Part shown: piece after piece, positions 1-15,300 of the stretch
Layout: each line of letters opens with the position of its first letter
Numbering within the stretch: the first letter of the stretch is position 1
Source of the DNA: Sphaerodactylus townsendi
Lineage: Eukaryota
Length of the DNA stretch: 64,000 nt
Direction of reading: 5' to 3'
NCBI RefSeq assembly: GCF_021028975.2
Contig: NC_059428.1
Location: forward strand, 41,974,001-42,038,000
Program-made: the position numbers and the translations under genes
Notes under the pieces: generated by a model
Database searches by the model: none
Seen by the model: only the letters and a program-made list of their open reading frames with translations
What the model was told of the DNA's origin: nothing

Positions 1-339
1 AGATGGGAACACTAAGATTAATTCCAACCACCTTTTCTGCTGGTAAAAGGGAAAGAATTATCCTTTTTGACCACCACCAATGGCTATGCTGGGGTTCATA
101 GGACCGACATGTAACAAAATTAATATGGAATGAGGGGGGTTATACAGGGAGGAAAATTGGATAAGATTCAGTGGGAAAACTGACTGGATCCAACTCTTTG
201 TGTGACCCTGCATTCCTTTAAACTGTTGTGCCCCCCATGCAAAGTACCTATGGCATGCTTAGCACATCAGACGCTAACAGCCAGGGCAGGTCTAGTGCTA
301 ATGAGCAGTGAAATTTAATGAAATGATGTAATATCTTAC

Positions 340-373
340 CTTCAAATGGAATCTTAATGTAACTCGTTGAAAA
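340..373 (-). CDS. SENP7: SENP7 exon (FSTSYIKIPFE), 34 bp
   Basis: aag|TTT...GAAG|gtaaga; resembles human ITKKYIKIPFQ. Confidence 0.9.
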
Positions 374-3300
374 CTTTTAAAAAAGAGAAAACAAAAAAAT
401 CAGCCTTTTAAATGTAACAGTTCAGAAATGCATTTCATTAATATATTTGAAACTAAAAAGGAAGAAAACAAACAAGACTTAGATAATATGTTGATACTGC
501 AATTAAAACGCACACATGCTTGTTGATCCATTCACTTCAAAATATATTTTGTGTAAAGTACAGAACTTATTTTGAAACAAGTGGCTGGCATCTAACAAAA
601 ACATGCACAAACCACAAATTTATTTTGAAACAGAGTGGATGTTCAAAAAATCAATGATATTTGCTGTTCAAATGTGAAAAATTCTATTAGATATACCTAA
701 GCTTTGAGATGTGCCCAAAGTATCAATTTGGATCCAGGACAATTTATTTTAGGACTGATATGCCAGTACTAGAAATATTAGAATATTCATCAGTGTGGCA
801 TGAAAATATTTTACAATTATACAAGCAATCTTGTCTATTGATTTCAGCAGAACAGAGGCACTGACAGTTACGAATATAGAAAATTGATTTCAGCAGAAAA
901 TTGATTTCAGGCTGTCTGCTGCTGTCACCTCCTGGTATCAGACAACAAAGAGGAGAGAGTGAGCCTCAGCAGCCATTGGGCCAGCTGGCAAGCATGAAGA
1001 AAGTCAGAAAAAGTCCAACCATGATGGCCTTGGCAGAACTTGGGAGGGGCCCAGCCATGCAAGAACATAGGAGGAGCCAAGCCTAGGGAGACCCCAGGGA
1101 GTGAAAGCGGTAGGCAGAGCTGGCAGCAGAGAATCCTCACATTTCCTGTATGCCACTGTTCCTAATCCCATCTCAGTAGACACTTCTCATGTAGTACAGT
1201 GCAGTATATGTGGGGGGTGGGGGGTTATGCCAAAATCCTATTTCAGACTACTTTCATGGCTCTCTAAATATGAGCTTCAGCTATATATGAGCTGCGTGGC
1301 AAACTTACTCTGATACAACCTGTTGCTGTTCCTTTATACTTTCCAATAAAAACCACAGCAGATTTGACATCTAAAGCAAAATCTGCCTGTTCACTGGTCA
1401 TACAGTTTGAAGTAGCCTTAAGCGTAGGTGATTCAGTGGAAGCCTGTGAAATGAAAACATAACAAAACATGTTGCATAAATACTTTTAAAAACACCCTCC
1501 CCACTCCACAAAATGCAGACTTGCAATTATACCAGATTTTTTAAAAAATGTATTCAAGTTTTATCCCATTTATTCTCCAGGTTGCTCGGAGTGGCATACA
1601 TGGTTCCCTCCTGACATTTCCTCTTAGCAACCAGTATACTTTATGGCAAAATGAGAATTTGAATCCAAGTATCCTCCAGTTGAAACCTGACACTGTAACC
1701 ACTAGAGAAGGAAGAAGATGTGGATCAATGGTAGAGAATCTGCTTCACATGCAGAAGATCCCAACTTGAGGCTCTGGCAACGCCAGTTAACAGGTAGCAA
1801 GGGACGTGAAAGACCTCTGCCTGAGACTCTGAAGAGCTGCTGCCATTGTGAATAGGCAATGCTGACCTTAATGGAACAGTGTTATAACTCATTGTAAGGC
1901 AGCTTCATGTGTCCACTGAACGACACTGACTTTATTGGTATTGACTGCCAATTACAGTCAATTATGTCACTTCAGAAGAAAAGTCAGCCATTTAAAAATT
2001 GCCACAAGGGCCCAATCCTGATCGGCCCACATGCAAGAGTACTAGGTGATCTCCCCATTCACCTTTTCAAGCCATGCAACATGTCTGTTTCAAAACAGGG
2101 AACAGCATAGCTGCTTTGTGGGCCTAGCATCAATTTTAAAAGGGATAATTTTTCCTCTAAAATGGCATTGGCAGCTACAGCAGCCATGACTATCTCATTT
2201 ATATAATCCCCAATCAAAGCAGAACTGAAAGTGTACCTAAGGGTGGAATTACATGTAGCCCTTCACTTCTTTTTCACTCAATGGCTTTCTTATATAAGAC
2301 AAAGCAACTGTGGTTATAGTGAGCCAAGGTGAGGGGGGACTGTATGTTTATTTAGCTTTTCTTTCCAAGCATTCCTAACACCCCTCTGCTTTTCTTTCAA
2401 AAATATAAAAGCTACATGTCTCCATAACTTTTTAAAAATCTTTAGCAAAGCAGGAGGGCATGTGCAATTTCAAGCAACCACATGCCTTTAAAAGAGCTGA
2501 AACTAACAACAGTTGATTCACCTGATAAAAGAAAATCTGTGTAGAAAAGGTCACAGATCTTTGCATAATGTGAAGTTCTAGCCTAAATGCATTAAAAAGA
2601 TGTACAAAAAGAAAATGTACAGATGTACAAATAGAAGATGTACAAAAAGAAAATTGAAGAAGAGGAGTTTGGATTTATATCCCATCTTTCTCTCCTGTCA
2701 TGAGACTCAAAGGGGCTTACAAACTCCTTTCCCTTCCTCTCTCCACAACAGACATCTTGTGAGGTAGGTTGGGCTGGGAGAGTTCTGAACAAACTGTAAC
2801 TAGCCCAAGGTCACCTAGCAGGAGACTAGGAATGGGGAAAGAAATCCGGTTCACCAGATTAAGAGTCCGCCAGTCATGTGGAGGAGTGGGGAATCAAACC
2901 CAGTTCTCCAGATTAGAGTCCACCTGCTCTTAACCACTACATCATGCTGGCTCTCCTGAATGAAATAAATGAAAAAAAGGAGGTGTAAATTCTTTAGGAC
3001 TCCAAAGCTAACTACATCAATAGGAAATCAGTGAGATTCATTCACAAGCACAAATGGGTTCGAATTGTGCGAATTCTGAGAAAATTGTCTCAGAAGCACA
3101 CTGTGGTAGTGTATGGTTTCTGCAATAATTATGTAAATTATTCTTGCATGGTCTGGAGAGAGCAAAAAATCCTACAGACAATCAACGTGGGAAAAGCGTA
3201 TTACTTGTTCAGTCTTGTTTTCAATTAAACCCTGTGACAGTTCTTCTGACAAAGGTAGCACATATCCTTGTTCTGTTTCTTTACTCTCAGGTAAGTGTCC

Positions 3301-6300
3301 TTTCGTAGTCTGGAGGCAGAGCTTTGTATATTTTGCTTCAGCACTTTCTTCTTCATCACTAGAAACGACAACTAAAGCAACGAAATAACAGTGCACAAGT
3401 AAATCAGGTAACAGTGTTTTTAAAATAAAATTGGTGCAATGCTTGAGTAATGATCTAGTTAGTCTGCAACCAGTAAAGTCAACCCATAATTTGTCTAAAA
3501 GAAACATTATCATAAATAGTTTTAAGGCTTTTAAGACATCCAGAACTCCTTTTCAGATTGGATGCAGATTATTATTAGGTATAGGAAAGATGTAAGATTG
3601 TACCAAAGGCTATTGGAACAAAACCACAGTGAAAAAAACTGCATTTGAAAACATAAAAGCAGAAATTACTTCAGATCTGGCGAACACTAATTTAGATATA
3701 CAATGATATGAGTTATATCTACCTATCTCAAAGGCTGTTTCCTTTAGTAGGCCCGGATTTAACAGCAGCACCCCAGGGATTCTAAAACTGTGTCCCTGGG
3801 GAGGAGTTTGCACAGCTGGCGCTGCTGCATTGCAGCAGCACCATCCTTGAACTGCCCAAGCAGCGTGAAGGCGCTGCTTTCAAACCCCGCTCAGGGAGCG
3901 AGGTTTTTGCAAAACAGAGTCTTCCCGCAAGCGCGGTGCAAACAGCACCGGCGGGAAGACGCTGTTTTCCCCATCCCCTCCACTCACCTCTTCTGGCAGC
4001 GTTGTTCTGGAGGCTGGGTAGCCTGGACACTTGTGCCATGCCTGGAGAGTTTTCGAGGAGGGTAGCGTGGGCATGTCCCTCCAGCCCTCCAGAGCAATGC
4101 TGCCAGAAGAGGTGAGTGGAAGGGACCGAAGGAGAGACAGCTCCGTGCAGAGCCGCCTCTCCTGCTGGGAAGGAAATTGGCGCTGCTCGCATGCTGTGGT
4201 GCAAACAGCCCCCGAGCCTCCACCGGTATAATTTATGCCGGTGGAGGTTCGTTTCCGCGCGTGTGCGGAAAGGGCCAAAGTTTCTAAAGCATGTTTTTAC
4301 ATACTTGGCTCTGCTGACTCAGTCATCTGTTTATTCTTTTTCAATATAGTCCCAGGCTCTTCCGAAGGTACAGCTGTATTCCCTTCTTGTTTTTTAGGAG
4401 AACTGACTGGGGGTGAAATCTGGACATCTTTACTGACGACAGAGTGCTGCTTTCTCTTGGGAGAAATCTTTGAACAGCTTTCACCTGGACAAGTGACAGC
4501 AGTATCCTGATTAGCAGTGGTGAAAGTTTCATAGCAGTCCAATTCCAAAGACTGAAGAATGTTTTCCTGCTGAGGGTTACGTTCTTGACCAGGTGGCTCA
4601 ACTGGTTCTGTGCTCTGCTCTTTCTACAATAATAAAATAAAATGAAACACTGTTTTTAAAAATCAGGCTGCAGAACCTCCTGGGAGAAATGCATGGTAGA
4701 AAAACATAAATAACAGCTTGACTTCATGCCACGAAGTTAGCCAGTTTGTATACTGATGGTTACCAATAAGTGATGAGCAAAACCTGTTCCCTCCAAGAGT
4801 GGTGTGATCCACAAAGGACAATTTGAAAACCCCAACCAACTTTGGCATGATAGCAAGATGGAAGCAGGTCTAAGGGCCCTGTCAACCCCTTGATGACTTC
4901 AGGGCACACCAGAGGCAGCCATTCCTAGAACTAATCATTCCTAGTACTAATTAACCTCCCCCATCTCATGTGGTACAATGGAAACCACAACCCACATTAG
5001 GAAAGATGACGCAAAAGCAGAGGTCGCTTAACTTACCATGCACACCAAAACCTAACGAAGTGGTGGCGAACCTATGGCACGGGTGCCAGAGGCAGAACTC
5101 AGAGCCCTCTCTGTGGGCATACGTGCACAGAGTTCGTCATGTGATAATAGTGCAATCATTTCACGGAGATTATTAGCATTAAATCTAGGACCTAGTTTTG
5201 GGGAAGCAGTGTAGGTAACCCTGTTAAGCGCTGTAAAACCCTACTGATTTTCACGGGAAGAACTAAAGCGTGATCCTTTACCTGGGAGTAAGCTTGGTTG
5301 CTGGCAATGGGGCTTGCTTCTGAATAAACCCTCCTAGGGTCATGATTCACCCGTTCGAAGCGATGCACATTTGCTTCAAAGCAATACCACTAACTACCAC
5401 CAAGCTTACTCCCGAATAACATGCACCTTGGAGCCAACTGTTTTTTCTACACTAAAACCTCAGTATTCAGGTTAAATTGCCATGCTGGCACTTTGCGAAA
5501 AATAAGTGGGTTTTGGGTTGCCGTTTGGGCACTCCGTCTCGAAAAGGTTCGCCATCACTGCGTGGCTTCATAAAAAACTTGAATCCTTTCAGGATTCCCC
5601 TCCCTCAATTATATTTCAAAATTTGGGATGCTACACTTGGATTCAGAAATGCCTAGCATGAGAGTACCACCTGAAATTCAGTGTCTGGAGATCAGCACAA
5701 ATACTCGGTTGGTACATATACCTACACACACCTCTGCACAGATGTTATCCAACATAAAATACTCTATCAATTATTATAATTATTTACTGTGACCAAACAT
5801 GTAAAAAAATACTCACACTAGGCAATGATGATTTTCTTCGAGAAAATACACTCCGCTGACTTGAAAAATCTTCACCTCTTCTTTTTCTGCATTCATTATT
5901 TTGAAAGCATGTTTCTCTTAAACCAGGAGAGGCATTCTTGGAATCTTTTGTTCTTCTGTCTTGACACTCTCTTTCTTTATTCTGTATGCTACAGTCTGTA
6001 TTTAAAATAGTTTTAAAACAACAAAATAGTCAAGGCAAATTGAAATATATGTTTCACACTACTTTAGATCTACTATTTAAGGCACAGTGATATTTAAAAG
6101 ATGGACCAAAAACCAATGCCTTCACCTGACCATCCTACTTACTCCATTAGAAAGATCTATGTGATTTCCAAGTCAGTACTATGTTAACATACATTTATAA
6201 TCTACCTAATTTCACTAGACATGCAATGCACACAAAAGGTGCCACTTTTAAACTGCATTAAATTCATGTCAAACAGTTAGCATTTCCAGTTCCATACTCA

Positions 6301-9300
6301 CAGTACAGACTATAACTTAACGAAAAGCATAAGCACATACCAATCTGTCCAGCAAGACCCCAGCCCTGTGGAACCTGATGAAATTTTACAGGGCCTGTAA
6401 GACAGAGGCTATTCTACCAGGCTTGTGGTTGAGGCAGCTATGGTTGTATCAGTCGAATGGTCTCCTTCTCCTCCCTTCTATCTATCTATCTATTTATTTA
6501 TTTATCTATTTATCTATCTATTTATTTATTTATATTTATATACTGCCCTCCCCCGAAGGGCTCAGGGCGGTGAACAATACACATAAGTAGAGCACAATAA
6601 AACCAAAAACTAAAATCGATTAAATATTAATTAATTTGGCTCTATATAAAATAACCCACATTAAAATGCTTATTTTATAATCAGCATAACAGATGGCCTA
6701 CTAACAAATCCTAAAAGAAAGAAAGAAGGATGGCGGGTCCACATGATATTATAAAAGGAGGGCCATCAGCGGCCTTTCCCCAAAGTCCTGGGCGGAACAG
6801 AAACAGATCTTACAGGCCCAGAACTCGCCGGGTCATGGTCCCTGACAGCCATGGAGGAAGGCGTTCCTGGGCTGGGGCCCAGGGCTGTAAAATTTCAGCC
6901 TGGGTGAAGCTAACATCGATGAGGGCCAGGGATCCTGATGGGTGGCCTCTGCCAGCAGAGACCGATTGGGACATATGGGGTAAGGTGGTCCTGCAGGTCT
7001 GAATTTAGGCAGCAGGCCTTAAAGAGATTAACATGTACCTTGAAGGTGATTAGGAATTCAATGTCATTAACCAGTGCAAGCGGCATGCTTGGAGTGTGAT
7101 GTGGTCTCTAGTGGCACCCCCTGTGAGCACACAAGCCGCCGCATTCTGGACCAATTTCAGTTTATATTGGCGGGATTATTAAATTGTATTATTTTGATGG
7201 AATCTGATTGTATTCACCATCTGGGTTTTAACTGTTGTTATTCACGTTTTATGTCTTTATTGTATTTTAAATGTTGGAAGCTGCCCTGAACCCTCAAGGG
7301 GAAGGGCAGCATATTAACATGCATACATAAAAGAATAGGAAGGCATCCATCCTGCTACTCTACTACTGAGTGTAGGTAACCAGATAGTTAATAGTGTTTA
7401 GGGTTAGGTTGATTTTAAACATTTAGTACCTTAACAGGAACAAATAAGGAATAAATCTACTGTGTCCAGATGTATATGCTAAAGATTGCTGACTAATACA
7501 TTTGCGTTAAAACTCAAAACATGAGTTACATGGCAATCTGTTGGACTAATTTCAAGGATGAAATTATCAGGGATAACATCAGGGATTCCTATCATGTTTG
7601 TGATGGTAAAAGGATTTGGATAGTCTGTTGAACAGAAATTACAGCCTGTAACTCAATCTGGACAGAGAAGAATTCTATCTCAGCTAATCTATTCAGTTTA
7701 AATGTCACATCCAAACAGTAAAATACATTATAAAATGTCTTAATAGCAAACCTTCCAGCACCACATCACATCTTCTTAGAGTTGGCACGGCACTGCTACT
7801 TTCTATATCTTTACAGGGTTTCCAAAGATGGTCATTTGACCTTCTATGAAATCTTCCATACCTGAAGGGAGAAACCCAAAGTCATTAATCTCTCATAAAT
7901 CTTCAGCAATGAGTAATCTTTTTTTAACAGATTATTCAACCTCTTCCTTATAACACTCAGTGTTCACTAAGTTTAATTAAATACTTCCTCAACCAGATTT
8001 CAAGAAAACTCATAAACCTGTCAAGTCAGATTGCATGTTTAAGTTACATTCTCCTTTGTCTTTATATTTTTCCTTTCTATCAACATATAAGTAACTAGAG
8101 AGAAAAACACAAGTACTAATTAAACTAACAGCATGTTGTTAGGAACGGGAAATGTTGGATGCCTTGATCAATACCCCAAGAAGGCTCATTGGGAGCAAGA
8201 GCTGGCTACAGATTCCACTTTCATCGTGAGCTATGTTGATAATTGGCAACATTCTCTCAGGGATGCATCAGCCCTGATACATAAAAACCTTGCTGCAGCC
8301 AGGACACTCAAAAAACTGTGTTATGACAGAAAGACATGCTTATACACCTTTACTGCAAGTGATTCAGTGATGGAGCTGACAGTAAAGGAGGCAAATTAAG
8401 TGTGAGTGGTGGCAAGTTTCAACCTGTACAGCAGGAGGGAAGGGGGCAAGTGAGTGCAAACTCCCCCATGCAAACACAGATCCACCACCGACTCTCCAGT
8501 ACTCAAGGACATATGGGGGGGGGGGGTGTGGATCACAACCTATGCGATCTAAGTAAAAAGTTATTACAAACAGATGAAAACAATACAATTTAATGCCTCA
8601 CATGCATTAGGTAGCTAATGATTTAGTGAACTGATTTTCTCAGAAAGATAAAAAGGTTGATATTCTCATTTATACTACAGAAGCATTGCAGTGCTCTAGC
8701 AATTTAAAGGATCATACAATGAATATAAATATATTTGTATGTTCTCTTAAGGCTTTTTATACATTTACCAAGATTAAGGTCCAGTTCTCACATCAGCAAG
8801 GTGAACGAAAGTGAAACTATACACACTGTTCATCCACACAAATAGTTCTAACCTAGTCTTTTTCTTGACTTGCTAGTTTTCTGTATGTGGGTTTTTAAAA
8901 AATATCTATGAAGTAGCACTGAATCATGAGCTGCCACACACAGTTTGATGTGGCACAACACAGGCACTGATTTACTATTTCAGTGGGAACTAGATCTACG
9001 AATAAGACTTATTTCTTCTGAAAGTCTTGGTCCACAGTCTTGGCAGGAACTGTATAATTGCATGCATATGAACTTGTTATTGGAGGGCTATTGTGATGAA
9101 GCACCAATGATATCATTTGACACTTCCATGTGGGACTTGCAGATACATTTGGCATAATTTATTTTTGTGACCCTCTTCACAATGGTGCAAACTGTAATCA
9201 CTGTGTATAGACTTAATCCAGTGGTGGGATTCAACTAATTTAACAACCGGTTCCGGTGGTGGGAATTCAAATAATTTAACTGATTGTTTACAAGCACCAT

Positions 9301-12300
9301 TTTAACAACCGGTTCTGCCAAAGTGGTGCAAACCTGCTAAATCCCACCACCGGCTTAATCAGAAACAGCTTGTTGGAGCACCCTTGCAGATGATCACAAG
9401 TTACTACCGTATAAACTCATGTATAAGCCGACTCCTGTATAAGCCGAGGCACCTAATTTTACTACCAAAACCTGGGAAAACATATTGACTCGCGTATAAG
9501 CCGAAGGTGGGAAGCCGGGAGGCCGAGGGAGCTCCTTATTTGGGCAGTGACTCCCCCTGATGTCATTGCCCAAATAAGGAGCTCCCTCCACCCACCGCCT
9601 GCCTGGGCTTCCTCAAACCCAGCCTGGAGGTTGAGGGAGCTCCTTATTTGGGCAATGACATCAGGGGGAGTCACTGCTGGGTTTGAGGAAGCCCAGCCTG
9701 ACAGGAGGTGGAGGGAGCTCCTTATTTATGCAGTGACTCCCCCTAATGTCATTGCCCAAATAAGGAGCTCCCTCCACCCACCAGCTGCCTGGACTTCCTC
9801 AAACCCAGCCAGGAGGTGGAGGAAGTTCCTTATTTGGGCAATGACATCAGGGGGAGTCATTGCCCAAATAATGAGCTCCCTCTGCCTCCCGGGGTTTGAG
9901 GAAGCCCAGCCAGCCAGGGTTCCCCTTCACCCTCCGAGGAGGGCAGCAACAAGCGGCTTGTGCAGCCGCAGGGAGGTCGTCCCGCCCCCAGCCTTGGCAG
10001 AGGCCTGAAGAGCAGGCTGGTAAGCAGTGACTCGTGTATAAGCCGAGGGGGCATTTTTCAACCTTAAAACAGGGCTGAAAAACTCGGCTTATACGCGAGT
10101 ATATACGGTAAATAGAGACAGAGATGTGCCTTTGAAATAGTCATGCTTTAGTAGCATGTCCAAGCCACTATGCTTTTATGCTACCATTTAACTAGAATGG
10201 TATTCTTGTCAACAACACTGGAACTAAACCTCTTTAAACTAAAACCAAAACTTCTCCAGGTCCAGATGGCAAACACCTGGCAAAGAAATGTGAAATTGTT
10301 GTTCTACTAACCAATATGTATAACTTCTCACTAAAATCAGTTTTTGGACCAGATCATGGCAAAGCAGCAAATTGCATACAATTTTTTTAAACCAACCGTT
10401 GAAGGAGATCCAGGGAGTTACAGGTCAGTTCTCTGAGCAGTAAAACAAACATGTGCTAGACATTATATACTTGAATGAGTCCTCTTATGGATTAAAATGG
10501 AGAGTTCTCACAGTAGAGAAGTGAGCAATAGTATGCCACAAAGATTGGTATTGAGACCAACATAATTTATTCACAATTGCTCTAAATGTCCAATCAGTGT
10601 GTGGCAGTGAAAAGAAAGGAAAGATAGAGCACCTTTCCTATACATGAATGAGAGTGAGAGAGAGATCTCAGTCACCCTGGTCTATGTCTCTCTCCTACAT
10701 ATACCTGTTAATTTTTCTTACATACTTCCTGTCCTCCACACATTCACTCTTTTTCTCCTTTCTTTCCACTCACTGGTCTACCCACCTGCTGTTTCCCACT
10801 GTTCCTGCTTGTGTATCGGGGTGTGTATGTGTGTGGTGGGAGATGCTAATCATCCTTTCCCTGCCCACACACCTGTCTACCTGGAGTGCAGCTGTTGCCT
10901 GAGCCTCTTCCCCCAGCTCTTCCTTCCTTTGTCTTCCCTTCTGCCTACAGTTTCCACCTGCCTAACACAAATGGTGGCCACTGTCACTACTTCAAGCACT
11001 ACCTCTGACACAAGTAGGCAATGAGGTCAGCTGACAGTCATATTTTGTGCCTTACTGGATTGTTGGCAAATTTAATCCCCCCTGCTCCATTTTTACTTGA
11101 AGTTTTTCGATTTTTCTGCAAGCCTGGGGGAGTTCCCTCAAATCCACTGGAAAATCTTATTTCTGTGTAAATGGGCCTAATCTGTGATGTAAGTATCCAC
11201 AGATTTCCCCAACCCCATTATTACATATGTAAATTCTGAGCACTTGTAGCCTCCTGCGGGAATCTCCTGAGGCCAACAGAAAAGCAAGTCTAACACAACA
11301 TTTTCGGATATTATATTAGCAAATAAGAGCAGCAAATGCCCCATTTCTAGAAATGATACACAAAAAAGTCATTCTGAACCATTATCTACTATGAATAAAA
11401 AGTATACATAACCCACTTTTTGAAATTAGAATGGGAATCAAATAGCTCTGCAATACAGTAAAAGCTGTAATACAGTAAAAGCTACAACCAATGCTCAGCA
11501 TTGTTTGCAGGAACTTTGGAACAAAAAGCCTAAATACACGGTTAATTTTAAGCATTTTGCTGTGACTTTTTCTTCCTCTAGTTTTTTTCCCCTGTAAAAC
11601 AAATGGAGAACGTAATGCAAAGAAACGGCTCCTGTTTGTTTTACAGCCAATCACAGGCCCAGGTGTCCATTCACTTTTACAAAGCATGGGTATGCGCTTC
11701 AGACTGATCCATGTTTTCACTTGCACACTGTTAGTGTAATTTGCATGCCTTGCTGAAAAGTGGAAAAGGCCTACTTCAGCACCTACTTCACACATCTTCC
11801 TGAAGCTTTCAGAAATAAATATCTCCTTACAAAAGACCACTTTTTATGTCACCATGTTGACTCATTTGCAAGTCACAAATCATGGTCAGAAGAGTTTAGG
11901 GGCCACTTATGAATCCAGCTGACATTTCTGAACACATGTGCAATAAACAGACTTGGGGACACATCTTCCGACATTGTTTTCCTCATTAAAGTAACTGGTG
12001 GATGCATTTCTATGATTGAAAGCAATTAATACCAAAGAGGATTGCCACTTCCACAATGATATTCCTTATTATCCCAGCTTTCTCTGTATAGGTCAGTTCA
12101 TGAACTTCAGATAAACGCAACACTATCATCATACTACTGCGGTCATCAACAAATTAAAGAAATGTTAACTGTTTTAACATTGAATCAATCAATTAATGAA
12201 TCAATCAATTCATTACATTAGCAAAACTTTTCTAAAGATGTCTTTTAAAGATACTGACAGTGCAATCTCATGTCTACTAAGCCAAAATATTTCAACAGGC

Positions 12301-15300
12301 TCAGACTTGAATAACTCTACATAGGATTTCACCACAAATGAAGGCAATATTAGCAAAATTACAGTTTAACAAACAAAAGCTGTCTACCATGTTAGAGGAA
12401 AAAGCCACTTTCTGTATTTTCCTTCTCCATTATAGTAATTCATTGAGACCAACAGAGTCTCAAGAGACAAATCTGCGCCCTTAATCTTCAGACATATTCA
12501 CCACAACTGGCTCTCACCAATTAATCAATTAACATACTAATCAAACTTCATAGTCCTATAAAAGACAACAAAATAGTCTTAAAATAAAATACTTTAAAAC
12601 AGTCACATATCTGCAATGGGACAGGGGATGCCGCGACCCAGGCGCGCACCATTGGGGTCATGTGGGGGGGAAATCGCCCACACGCCCCTCTCCTTCCCCC
12701 GCCCTGCCAGGCAACCCAGAGCATCCTGATGGTACAGCAGGAGCAGAAACCACAAAGGCCCCCTTCCCACCCACCCCAACCCCAGGGAGGCCTCTGCTCA
12801 AGTTGGGGCTTGTAAGGTCTCCTGGGAAGTGTAGTCGCCCCGTGCCTTCCTCCCACTTACCTTAGTTCAGCCGGCTGCAAAGAGCAGTCTGGTGGGAATT
12901 ACACTTCCCAGGAGACCTTGCGAGCCCCCCTCCCCCAGGAGGCCTCTGCAGGAGTTGGGGCTTGCAAGGTCTCCTGGGAAGTACAGTTCCCACCAGGCTG
13001 CTTTTTCAGCCAGCTGCTCTTTGCAGGGTGCCAGGGGGGGCAGGTTGCCCGGGGGGCAGGGGCACCATTTTGCCCCGGATGCAGTTCTCTCCCCCGCCAC
13101 TACTTTAAAACAATACCCTTCCCCTATTCTGTTTTGATCAAGGTGCCTAGTTTACAAAGTGAAGGGCAAAGTGAACAGCCTATGATCTGTTGCTCATAAG
13201 TTAATACACAAGATACAAAATGCAAGAGCAATGACAGAACTTCAAGAACTTCTTTAGAGCGACAGACCCAACACGTGGCTACTGATTTATACTGACCACA
13301 GTGGTGTGAACCACTGAATTATGAAGGTGGTAACATACTTCAGAAAAAATCCTTAAGCTTCAAGCATTCTATAATGACACAGCTAAGGCACATCTACGTT
13401 TTAGGAAAGTTGTAACAATACATTTCTTCCATGGAAATTCTTTTGAAGAAATATAAGTGGAATATGTGTTGGAATTGACAATCCATGTGGATTTTCAGTT
13501 CCCTGATATTTTCCATTAATAGTCCTCCATGAAAATCATCCCCAAAGCACACTTATGGGAATAAGAGAACCAATTATGGAGCATGCATATGAACACACAG
13601 AATACAAAAAAGGTGAAATATTGCTTAAGGTATTTTGAATCTCATATATTTCAGCCCAATCCATGGGAGAAGGGGGGAAACAGGCAATGGAAGCAGCACA
13701 TGCTGTAACAACGTAGGTGCCCCATTCCACCAGTGCAAGTGTAAATGTGCCGATGGAGGGGGCAAATACCCAGGTGGTTGGGGTCACTCAGTTCCATGGT
13801 ACCTGACCCCTTAAGAGCCTGCCACTCCAAGGCTATGTTGGCATAGAACTCTAAGGGCCAGGGACGTTCCCAGGGATGGAGTTGAGTCTCAGCCTGGGAA
13901 TACCAAGTTGAGTTTCAGCCTGGGAACTTAAGCTACTTGAAAGGGTGGCGAAGTGCATTTTGTGTAATGGGTGATTCTTAGGGAGCTGGGAGTTTTCTGG
14001 CTTTTTCTTTCTTCCCATGCTGCCTGAAAGCCCCTTGGAGGTGGTGTACCAGTGGTGCCATCCCTGGCTGTCACATCCTCTGGACTGGGCCGTTTAGACA
14101 GTTAAGCCTATGTGTAAATCTCTCCAATTGAAATCAGTGAGGTCCACAGTGCAATCCTATGCGGTTACTCCAATCCAGCACATTGAAATTGATGACTGTG
14201 AAGCTCAGCATAGTGTGCACTGTTCAATGCTTTAACTTTAGGGGAACTGTATCATTTGTTCACAACTTCAAATGTACATCGTTGTAATTGTTAGTTTCAA
14301 CCAAATCATATTTTAGAAAGATTAGTTTAAGGACCAAAATCATACCAAATACTATGCTGGATGACATACCTTTTTGATAAAATACAGCTTTGTTGAGAAC
14401 TTATTTTTTGACATGATTCTAGGCTGGCAACAGATGAGGAGGGCTCTTCATCTGATTGCAAGTTGCTAGCATCAGACAGATTAGCATCAGCTAACAGATG
14501 AGTTTGCACGTATTTTCTTCCTGTTCTTGTCCTCAGAACATTCGTCAAGGTAACTTTGGGTTGCCTGCCATACATACAATAATTAATATTCTGTAACTTG
14601 TACAAAGAATGCTTGACTGAATTCATGTATCGTAAATGACCGGGTAGTCTCAGAATCTTATTGACTATAACTTAAAGTAAGTTAATGAAGACAAGTGAAG
14701 TGGCCCAAAGTATGGATGAGTGACACAATAAGGAAAGGCCAATTAAAACTTCATTGCTGCACTCGATTTTCAACAACAACTTCGATGACGGTGTTCAATA
14801 TTATGAAAAACTGCCAGCCTGAGTAAAAATGTACCAATAGCCAATTAACTATTAATGTTTAAAAGTTCAAAAGAGCACATCTTACTATTTAACTACCTAT
14901 CAGCTGATAAAAAGGCAGCAATAATTCTCTCATCTCTTCTAGAAGTCACTCTGACAAATATTGTTGAATGAATGCATCAGAAAAATGAAACAGCAAAAAT
15001 GGGACAGCCATGGTATCTGATTAAAATGGCAGCAAAATATTTCTCATCTAACTATATATGACTGAAACAATGAACTGTGAAGTTGTGCTTAATGAGTAAA
15101 ATAATGCCCTCTCATGGTGATCTTGTACATCAGCAATTCCTACACTTTGAGGTGCTGTGGTAAAGCTCTGGTCTGAAGATGTCTACATTTTCACTGACCA
15201 TAGCCACAACATGGAAAATATCTGAAAGGCTTCTGAATTTAAATGCAATTCTGTGTTCCTTCCAATGAAACAATGAAGAACAAAACCGAAAGAGTGTATT

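Noticed and set aside
9394-10054. Repetitive ORFs (MTPPDVIAQIRSS...) on both strands; CRISPR-like appearance
   Set aside because: Translation artefacts of the palindromic array in a MITE; eukaryotic context, spacers not unique, no cas genes
11382-12140. 152-aa minus-strand ORF and a nearby short frame in a SENP7 intron
   Set aside because: No recognisable homology, and not needed for the SENP7 frame (the 14370 exon joins the 7861 exon in phase)
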